Below, piece by piece: positions 55,515 through 64,000 of a DNA stretch of 64,000 bases. The DNA is from an uncultured bacterium (GTDB taxonomy: Bacteria > Babelota > Babeliae > Babelales > Babelaceae), in contig OY970332.1 in NCBI GenBank assembly GCA_963717435.1, positions 160,001 through 224,000 of the forward strand. Reading direction: 5' to 3'. The translations under genes and the position numbers were made by a program. The notes beneath the pieces are model-generated. The model saw nothing but the letters and a program-made list of their open reading frames with translations, ran no database searches and was not told the origin of the DNA. Numbering within the stretch: position 1 is the first letter of the stretch; the number at the start of each line of letters is the position of its first letter.

Positions 55515-56786
55515 CTAAAAAAGTTCCTGCCAACAAACTGTTCCAAAAAAATTTGTTGTTGATCCAGACAATGACAGACCTGTGATTGTAGCTGACTCAC
55601 CAAGATTCAAAAAGATCGTTAAGTTTTCTAATGGAATGAAATATGTTTCGGGCCCCGAACCACCGGCCGGGGCGCCAGTAGAAGGTATTATAAAGTATTG
55701 GGTACCAGTCCCGGCAACATATGTTCCAACTGTGCTAAATTGAGTCACAGAATTTTGAGAATCAACATCAGAAAATGAAAGGCCCGTAACCGTAGCATTC
55801 TTTCTCAGATGAAGAACAGCCGCATCCGCCGTTGTATTAACAATTCCGCCGCCAATTACCGTAATTTGTATTTGTACCTGATTGGTCACCCCTTGATAGG
55901 TTGTTTTATTCTGAATTGTCAAAACGTGCGTCTCGGAAGTTGCTATTGTGACGCTGTTGCTTTCCGCAAAAAACCTGCTTCCAGCGGTACTGGGTTCTCC
56001 TACAATTCCCGCATTTAAACTTGCTGTATTAATTTGCAAATTTGATGTACCCGCTGTTTTTTTTACTTCCATTGCTATGGGCAAAACTGGATTTAAAAAA
56101 GTAGGTCCGCCGGCACTGTTTGGCCATTGAATTTTATGAAAATTTATCCACTGGCCAGTAGAAGTCAAAACATAATACTTTATTGGCGCGGCACCCAACC
56201 AACCATACGCAATTCTAAAAACATTAAGAAACTGCGGGTTAATATTAAACCCACTGGGACCCGCACCGTTAATTGTATCTATGTTAAAATTTGTTTGTGT
56301 GATTATAGTATCAACACCGCCCTGCCTAAACAAAATAGCAAAATTTGTGCCGCTATATCCTATAGCAGCTCCATTTTGGCTATCAAAAAGACCGGCCCAT
56401 TGGGTTGAATTTGCAGCCAATCCATTCGGAAACATTGCTGTAAAAAATGCGTACCCCTCATGGCCCGGTCTATATCTTAGCTTTTGGATAGTTGACATAT
56501 TTGCATAACCGTTTGTCGCTGCCCCTGTGCTTAACTGCGCCATGGATGAAGAGTTAGTGATTGTTCCAGTTGAAACTATTGTGGTCGTAACATCAATTGG
56601 CGCAACACTGTACTGAAATTGCACAGCTGTGGTGTCATCGCGTCCACTTGTAATTAAATCTCCGAAAGTAGATATAAATGGATAAGTTGTCGGACTTTCA
56701 ACAACTGTTGCCTGCGGTGGCGAGGCAGCTTTAGAACCTAAACAAAAAAATAGAATAAAAATATATTTTTTTTTAAAGTGACGCAT
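55515..56786 (-). CDS. Secreted beta-rich protein, stand-alone paralog of the C-terminal head of the 58204-62308 protein
   Basis: PFISTFGD...RYRPGHEG...GWLGAAPIKY...WQE(L/E)F shared; signal peptide. Confidence 0.85.
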   Translation of the reverse strand: MRHFKKKYIFILFFCLGSKAASPPQATVVESPTTYPFISTFGDLITSGRDDTTAVQFQYSVAPIDVTTTIVSTGTITNSSSMAQLSTGAATNGYANMSTIQKLRYRPGHEGYAFFTAMFPNGLAANSTQWAGLFDSQNGAAIGYSGTNFAILFRQGGVDTIITQTNFNIDTINGAGPSGFNINPQFLNVFRIAYGWLGAAPIKYYVLTSTGQWINFHKIQWPNSAGGPTFLNPVLPIAMEVKKTAGTSNLQINTASLNAGIVGEPSTAGSRFFAESNSVTIATSETHVLTIQNKTTYQGVTNQVQIQITVIGGGIVNTTADAAVLHLRKNATVTGLSFSDVDSQNSVTQFSTVGTYVAGTGTQYFIIPSTGAPAGGSGPETYFIPLENLTIFLNLGESATITGLSLSGSTTNFFGTVCWQELF

Positions 56787-58188
56787 TTTGGAAAGTACCA
56801 ATCACATTTGACAATGGTCCATTAAATATAGAAATCGTATTAGCTAAATTGTTATCAAAGTTCAGTGTATTTAAAGAGCAATAATTACCATAAAATCGGT
56901 TAACGCTAAATGTAGCAAGTGTATCCATAATACCAAATCCTCCAGACCCGCCAACATGACCAACAACTAAATTTTGCGCAACAAAACAGCTATAAGAATT
57001 ATCCAATAAGATCCCGTAGGCGGTACCTGTGACCGCCAAATCTGCATCGATCTCATTTTCATAAAGGGCGATTCCCGTGCTTGAAAGCACCCAGCAACCG
57101 AGACCATTTGCACCAGAATTGTTTGTGCCGATGGTGCATCCTTTAATGGCGCCTGTAAAACAGTTGCTCGTTAAAATTCCACAAGCCGTACCATATGTAC
57201 TTGCGCTTCCTAAAGCTTCACATTTTAAGCACCCAGAAGAGGTACAATTTTCAAAATAGTAACCCACAGCCGTATAAGTGGAAACATTCCCCGCAGCAGT
57301 ACATTCTTCAAAATATACGTCGTTGCAATTTTTTAAATGAAATCCTGCTCCAAGGCCGGAACTTGTTGTTCCTGTGTAAATATTTTGAGAAGCAGCCGTA
57401 TCTAAAAATAAAATGGACTGGCAATTAAAAAGGTCGTAGCCTATTGCACCCAATCCTGAAGAAATATTATCGCTTGCAATACAACTCTTAACTCTAATAT
57501 TTGCAGAATTCTCAAGCTTTACACCATAAATGCAAGATGAAGAGTCGCTAGTATTTCCGGTGCCAACATTATCTAGGTTCATTATTTCACAATATTTCCC
57601 CCATATCCCATATACAGGCTCACTACTTACACTTTGAAACTCATTAATTGTTAAATTTAAAAATAAAATATTATTTATTGTGCTGCTACTTGAGAGACCA
57701 TCAAGATACACCCCAGCTACGCCACAATAAAGAATAATTAGATCATGGATATCCATAACTTCTACAGTATTTTGCACATAGATACCATATCCACTCATGC
57801 CATTTATTGTTCCATTTCTAATTATAATATTGTTAAACCCTGGAGCAACTGTTACACATGACACACCCGTATAAGTTGATAATGGATCTTGCGTGATACT
57901 TTTCATATTGAAATCGATCATAACGTTACTAGCATTTATTGTTATGTAACTATCTCCATCAGACTGGGGGGTATAAATAATATCATCGGGAATAATATAT
58001 ATACCAGACTCATTAATCGTTGTTTGGGAAATTAAATATCGTGGTTTATTAAATCCGTCGACTCTGGAGTTTGTTCTCAAAGCTCGGTTAAATTCAAAAT
58101 ATTTGGGAGCGAAAGCCTGAATATTAACTATAAAAATTATACTTAAAACAAGCTCTATTAAGTTTAAAAAAAACATTTTTGGTTTCAT
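56773..58188 (-). CDS. Secreted right-handed beta-helix (pectin-lyase-like) protein, Cys-rich
   Basis: ITINASNVMIDFN, IIIRNGTI, repeated 'G..L.NC..I.F..C.AS.N'. Confidence 0.8.
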   Translation of the reverse strand: MKPKMFFLNLIELVLSIIFIVNIQAFAPKYFEFNRALRTNSRVDGFNKPRYLISQTTINESGIYIIPDDIIYTPQSDGDSYITINASNVMIDFNMKSITQDPLSTYTGVSCVTVAPGFNNIIIRNGTINGMSGYGIYVQNTVEVMDIHDLIILYCGVAGVYLDGLSSSSTINNILFLNLTINEFQSVSSEPVYGIWGKYCEIMNLDNVGTGNTSDSSSCIYGVKLENSANIRVKSCIASDNISSGLGAIGYDLFNCQSILFLDTAASQNIYTGTTSSGLGAGFHLKNCNDVYFEECTAAGNVSTYTAVGYYFENCTSSGCLKCEALGSASTYGTACGILTSNCFTGAIKGCTIGTNNSGANGLGCWVLSSTGIALYENEIDADLAVTGTAYGILLDNSYSCFVAQNLVVGHVGGSGGFGIMDTLATFSVNRFYGNYCSLNTLNFDNNLANTISIFNGPLSNVIGTFQNASL

Positions 58189-58203
58189 TATTAACTTCTT
58201 TCT

Positions 58204-61200
58204 TTAAAATTCTTCCTGCCAAGAAACTGCACCAAACATATTCGAAGCGGCACCAGTCAAACTTTGGGCGGTAATTGTTACCGAATCTCCGGGATTTAAA
58301 ATTATTGTTAAGTTTTCTTGTGGGATAAAATAAGTTTGGGGACCGGAGCCCGTTGTATTGTTCGGGATAATAAATAGCTGCGTTCCAGTACCAGCCGTAT
58401 AGGTTCCAGCCGTTGTATATCGCATTACAGAATTTAGCGAGTCGACATCGGTATATGATGTTCCTGTCACTGTGGCATTCTTTCGCAAACGAATAACAGA
58501 GGCGTCGGCAGTGGTAGTCGTTGTACCTCCACCCACAGCAGTTATTAGTACCTCGACATGATTGGTTACCCCCTGATAAGTGCTCTTATTTTGGACGGTA
58601 AGCACATGCGTTTCTGCGCCACCTGCCCCAACACTAATATTATTATTCTGAGAAAAAAATCTGCTTCCTGCTGTATTTGGCTCACCAACAATTCCAGCAT
58701 TCAAACTTGCTGTATTAATTTGCAAATTTGATGTCCCAGCCGTCTTTTTTACTTCCATAGCTATAGGTAAAACTGGATTTAAGAAAGTAGGTCCACTGGC
58801 AGTGTTTGGCCACTGAATTTTGTGAAAATTTATCCACTGGCCACTAGAAGTCAAAACATAATATTTTATGGGCGCAGCACCCAACCAACCATATGCAATT
58901 CTGAAGACGTTCAAAAATTGTGGATTAATATTAAATCCGCTTGGGCCGGACCCATTGATGGTATCCAAATTAAAATTTGTTTGGGTAGTTATAGTATCAA
59001 CACCGCCCTGCCTGAACAAAATGGCAAAATTTGTGCCACTATAACCTATAGCGGCTCCATTTTGGCTATCAAAAAGCCCCGCCCATTGGGTTGAATTTGC
59101 AGCCGATCCATTCGGATACATAGCTGTAAAAAACGTGTAACCCTCATGGCCCGGTCTATATCTTAGGCGCCTATTTGTTGACATATTGGCATAACCATTT
59201 GTCGCTGCCCCTGTGCTTAACTGCGCCATGCTGCCTGAACCTATAACGGTGCCAGTTGCCAATATGCTTGTTGTAACATCATATGGAGCAACCCCATACT
59301 GGAACTGAACCGCTATTGTATCATCTCTACCACTCACTATTTCATCACCAAAGGTCGAAATAAATGGTTGGCCAGCGATAATTGTTGTCTGTAAGGCATT
59401 AATAGCCGTAAATGTATTATTAAAATTTTGCTGTGTTTGCTCGCAACATACTGTTACCGTACTTTGAAGTTCTGCGATACTTGTGAATGTATTAATTACG
59501 TTTGTGTTTATATTTGCAAGTATTGTCCATGTGCCATTGAAATCGTTAACAACTGTGTTTTGAAGAGTTGCGATACTCGTGAATGTATTTAACACGTTAC
59601 TATTAATTGTCGCTAATATTGTCCATGTATTATTAAAGTCATTAACAACTATATTTTGTAAATTCGCAATACTGGTAAACGTATTTAGCACATTGGTATT
59701 TATTGTCGCCAGTATTGTCCATGTATTATTAAAGTCTTGCTGTGTTTGGGCGCAACAAGCTGTCACTGTGTTCTTCAAGTCTGCGATACTTGTAAATGTA
59801 TTTAGCACGTTTGTGTTTATTGTATTTAACACTGTAAATGTATTTGCACTACTACTATTTATATTTGCAAGTATTGTCCATGTATTATTGAAGTCTGAAA
59901 CTATCGTATTTTCGATCGCAGCTAATATTGTCCACGTGCTATTAAAATCGTTAACAACTGTATTTTGTAGAGTTGCGATACTTGTGAAAGTATTTAACAC
60001 GTTCGTATTTATTGTCGCCAGTATTGTCCAGGTATTATTAAAGTCTTGCTGTGTTTGGGCGCAACAAGCTGTCACTGTATTTTGCAACTCTGCAATTGCT
60101 GTGAAAGTATTCACGCTGCTTATATTTGCAAGTATTGTCCATGTGCTATTGAAGTCTGAAACTATCGTATTTTCGATCGCAGCTAATATTGTCCAGGTAC
60201 CATTAAAATCATTAACAACTGTATTTTGTAGATTCGAAATACTTGTGAAAGTATTTAACACGTTCGTATTTATTGTCGCCAATATTGTCCAAGTATTATC
60301 AAAATCCTGCTGAGTTTGTGCGCAGCATGCTGTCACTGTGTTTTGCAACTCTGCGATTGCTGTAAATGTATTTATGCTGCTTATATTTGCAAGTATTGTC
60401 CATGTGCTATTAAAGTCTGAAACTATCGTATTTTCGATCGCAGCTAATATTGTCCAGGTACCATTAAAATCATTAACAACTGTATTTTGTAGATTCGAAA
60501 TACTTGTGAAAGTATTTAACACGTTGGTATTTATTGTCGCCAATATCGTCCAAGTATTATCAAAATCCTGCTGAGTTTGTGCGCAGCATGCTGTCACTGT
60601 GTTTTGCAACTCTGCAATTGCTGTGAAAGTATTCACGCTACTTATATTTGCAAGTATTGTCCACGTGCTATTAAAGTCTGAAACTATCGTGTTTTCGATC
60701 GCAGCTAATATTGTCCAGGTGTTATCAAAGTCTTGTTGTGTTTGTGCGCAACATGCTGTCACCGTCTCTTGTAACTCTGCGATTGCCGTAAATGTGTTTA
60801 ACACGTTTACATTTATCGTATTTAATACTGTAAATGTAGAACCCACTGACAGGTTATTTATCTCATTGCTTATCGCAGCTAGTATCGTCCATGTATTATT
60901 AAAGTCTTGTTGAGTTTGTTCACAACATGCTGTTAACGTGTTTTGTAATTCTGCAATTGCCGTAAATGTACCCGACAGGTCCACAATGGCCGTTGGTGTT
61001 GATATCTGAAGCTTGTATCTGTGCAAGTATCGTCCAGGTACTGTTGAAATCTGTAATTATCGTATTTTCAATCGCAGCAAGTATCGTCCAGGTATTATCA
61101 AAATCTTGCTGAGTTTGAGCACAGCATGCCGTTACCGTACCTTTAAGATCCGCTATATCGGCGCGAATGTCCACAATCCCGGTCGTTATGCTATTCAAAA

Positions 61201-62308
61201 TTGTCCAAGTAGCATTGAAATCATTTTGTGTTTGAACGCAACATGCTGTTACCGTGTTTTCTAGCGCAGCTATTGCTGTAAATGTGGCATCAAATTGTGC
61301 ACCGAATGTTATAACTATAGTCGGTGTTGTTAATGTTGATAAAATCTCGTTTAAGAGAGAAAACGTTGTATTAAAATTATTTTGAGTTTGAACGCAACAT
61401 GTTGTTACAGTATTTGTAAGATCAGCTAAAATTGTAAATGTGCTATTAAATTCTGTTGTTACTAAAGCAATTAAAGTATTTAATAACCCTATTATTGTAC
61501 TTATACCCTGGCACTGCGTTGAACTTATTGATGCCTGAATATTTAAAAGTAGCGCCAAAATATCAACACCACCAACACAAAATTTTCCATTAACAACTAA
61601 ATTGCCGCAAATTCTTAAAGAGTCTAAAGATAAATGCGCCAAGTCTTTTTATTTTGGCACCGCGCTGTTTGCAAAATCATCTGATGTTGAAAAAGAGTTT
61701 TTATAACTTCGTTTTGATACTTCTAATTTTGCCTGAATACTTTTTAAATCTTGAATTAAATTTTTCGCATCTTCTGAAGATAACCCGTTATCAAAAACCG
61801 CAGAGCCTACAGATTCATTGGATTCACCATATCTCTGATGCATACTTTCGGTAAACTTTAAGCAACAATCTGATATTGTCTTTTCAATTAAAGAAATCTT
61901 ATTTTCAAGTGGACTCAGGTCATACACAGATGCTATAGAATATGACATGTTCCAAAATTCAGATGGCTCGATTTGGTGCACATTTGATATATAATCTACG
62001 GCGCCTTCTGGGTATTCATTTTTGAGTTCTTTATAAGATTCAAGATCACGGGTTAATTGCTCCAGCGTCCCATTATCTTTTGCTGCTCTTTCTATTGCTT
62101 GCGCAAGTTGGGCCGTCTTTTCTTCATCACCTAGCTTGCCACTTTCAGAAAAATTATCTTCACAAAATTCGGTTATTAAATCTAGCGGACGCCCGTGAGA
62201 TAAGCCAAACGGATCAGAATTTTCTGGACAAAAACTATTGAACCAAAAAACAGAAACAAAAAATATAAAATAAATTGAAAACTTGAAATGCTTCTTACGT
62301 ATATTCAT
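58204..62308 (-). CDS. Probable single large exported repeat/fibre protein split into three ORFs (61649-62308, 60920-61642, 58204-61026) by an in-frame TAA and one frameshift near 61007
   Basis: First two ORFs are in the same frame, separated by TAA-AAA-GAC; identical TACCxQTQxDFxxTWTIL repeats lie on both sides of the frameshift; signal peptide only in the first ORF. Confidence 0.65.
59400..61460 (-). repeat. Coding tandem repeats, including a 261-bp (87-aa) super-repeat
   Basis: gtcactgt anchors at 60071, 60332, 60593 (261-bp period); subunits DFNxTWTILAxI and TVTACCAQTQQ. Confidence 0.9.
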
Positions 62309-62420
62309 ATACTCACCCTTTTTTTACCCATTTCATTTTATGCATGCTATAGAGTTCAAAAATTGAAACAAAAAAAATAGGCGAGCTTTTTTCGGCCCGC
62401 CTAAATATTAAAATCTTTAG

Positions 62421-62825
62421 TTATTTTTGCTTAAAAAGCTCTTTGCTTTTTTCTTCAACAACCTTGTCTATCACTTCTCTAATAATTTTGTAAAACTTCT
62501 CACATAACATAGAATTGCCCAAACATCTGGACTTAACCTCACTAAATATGGGAAAAGTCTCAGCGTCAACAATTCTTGTGTGAAGAGTCAATTCGATATG
62601 ATCCCTAATCTCTGATTCTGATTTTACGTGTTTAAACCCACTTAAAAAGCTAGCATCGCTGTGCAAAAACTTATTTATCTCTTGTCCGGCTTTTTCGATC
62701 ATAGAATCAGTATCAGACTGCGAAAACCCTTGTTCTCTAGCATCACCAGCACCACTTTCTTTCTCCATAGCGACAACAGATAAGTTGGCAAGAATAATCG
62801 TCGATAAAAACAAATATTTTTTCAT
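62421..62825 (-). CDS. Small secreted helical protein, paralog of 62861-63256
   Basis: MKKYLFLS signal; SQ.D.DS.IE.A.QEI.KFL shared. Confidence 0.75.
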   Translation of the reverse strand: MKKYLFLSTIILANLSVVAMEKESGAGDAREQGFSQSDTDSMIEKAGQEINKFLHSDASFLSGFKHVKSESEIRDHIELTLHTRIVDAETFPIFSEVKSRCLGNSMLCEKFYKIIREVIDKVVEEKSKELFKQK

Positions 62826-62860
62826 GTTTATTTTCTCAAAATTGATATCTAAATTTTTAT

Positions 62861-63256
62861 TTAGTTGAGAGAAAGTTCTTTAGCTTTTTTGTCTACAAAT
62901 TCGCTCTCCAACTTAGTCATAACTGTCACAAATTTCTCATTTAAGACGCGATCGTCTTTACACTTCGACAGGGCAGAATTAAATAACGGAAAATTTTGGG
63001 CATTACGAGTACGTATACTTAATACCCAATCAATGTGCCCTCTAAGCTGCGATTTTGTTTTCATTGATGTTGATTTGCAGTCATTTGCCAGTTCGAGATC
63101 GTCATAAAGAAATTTACTTATCTCTTGCCTGGCCTGCTCGATCACAGAATCAATATCAGGCTGTGAAACTTGCTGCTCGATGGAAATATTTTCTGTCATA
63201 GAAAAAAGAGACAAATTGGGGAGCATAAGAATAGATAAAAACAAATATTTTTTCAT
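62861..63256 (-). CDS. Small secreted helical protein, paralog of 62421-62825
   Basis: As above. Confidence 0.75.
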   Translation of the reverse strand: MKKYLFLSILMLPNLSLFSMTENISIEQQVSQPDIDSVIEQARQEISKFLYDDLELANDCKSTSMKTKSQLRGHIDWVLSIRTRNAQNFPLFNSALSKCKDDRVLNEKFVTVMTKLESEFVDKKAKELSLN

Positions 63257-63435
63257 AATTTCTCCAAAATATTAACAATAAAAATTCAGGGTATAGTATA
63301 CACTATAAAGTTAAAAAACAAGCTCTCAAAGTATAAAATCTCGTATTAAAATCTCTTTGGAGTAATTTATTTATTTATAGTAACTTAATTTTTATAAATT
63401 AATTATAAATCTGGGAAATAATCTGGGAAGTAGTA

Positions 63436-64000
63436 ATGGGAAAAGCAAATTTTAAAAAATTATTAATTTTAACTATTTTTATAAGCTCGCAATTATCAAA
63501 TTCATATGCAATATCGATCGTATATAACTTCAGAATTGCGCAAATTACAAAGCAGCCAATAGCTGATCCTACAACAAATCTAGACAATAAAAAATATACA
63601 GTCTTGGGTCTGGTTTTTGATGTCTATCAAAAAAAATATACCCTAGGTATAACACAAAATTTTGCAGGCGCATTGGGCGCATTTACTTATAATTTTAAGC
63701 CCTACTTTTTTAGAACAGATTTTGCTGTGTCCCACATAAAGGCAAAAGCTTATGATACAACAACTTTTTCTGGGACCGAAGCAGATGATATTCTTTTTAC
63801 TTTTGGACGCAATTTTGTAATTAATGACAAATCGCGCGTGACGTTATCGGGTCTATTTGGGGTGCCTACTCACAGAATTACTACTTTAGAACATGTTGGT
63901 TTTGGGTACGGCCAAATTGGTTTAGGCGCGCAATTTGACGGAACATACAGATTTGATCATGTTCATCATCTTCTTTACGGCACGCGTTATATATATTTCG
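63436..64000 (+). CDS. Exported probable beta-barrel protein, runs off the window end; paralog of 26643-27638
   Basis: Open frame MGKANFKKLLILTIF...AISIVYNFRIAQ...GTEADDILFTFG...GLFGVPT (absent from the ORF track because it has no stop). Confidence 0.75.
   Translation, partial: MGKANFKKLLILTIFISSQLSNSYAISIVYNFRIAQITKQPIADPTTNLDNKKYTVLGLVFDVYQKKYTLGITQNFAGALGAFTYNFKPYFFRTDFAVSHIKAKAYDTTTFSGTEADDILFTFGRNFVINDKSRVTLSGLFGVPTHRITTLEHVGFGYGQIGLGAQFDGTYRFDHVHHLLYGTRYIYF

Noticed and set aside
1-64000. CRISPR array or cas genes
   Set aside because: No run of equal-length repeats with unique spacers; the repeats found are coding tandem repeats, dispersed palindromes or simple duplications.

Overview
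AT-rich bacterial chromosomal segment. Its gene content suggests an intracellular bacterium of protists, most like Candidatus Dependentiae (TM6/Babelota). This is inferred from the many MKK-type signal-peptide orphans, ankyrin/F-box/LRR proteins and MutS-like secreted protein, not from a database hit. Housekeeping genes: uvrB, groES-groEL (frameshifted), rpe, pyrE plus a pyrD-pyrE fusion, FKBP PPIase, homospermidine synthase, ung (frameshifted), an AlkD-like glycosylase and tRNA-Arg(TCT). Accessory content includes: an AbiEi/AbiEii pair; two duplicated three-gene operons of one secreted protein family; a DUF4143 ATPase flanked by 34-bp direct repeats; a dispersed palindromic element family with covarying stems and GNA motifs (one copy in frame inside the DHODH gene, one inverted pair flanked by 43-bp direct repeats, and a cluster beside the tRNA and a truncated GIY-YIG gene); a tRNA-anchored islet with a degenerate att-like scar; four small secreted Zn-ribbon genes divergent from a Zn-ribbon/MutS-ATPase/ankyrin gene and an LRR gene; and a Cys-Cys repeat fibre-like locus with a duplicated head domain. 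No CRISPR array, rRNA, integrase, transposase or reverse transcriptase was seen. Several frameshifts are probably indel errors in the assembly.
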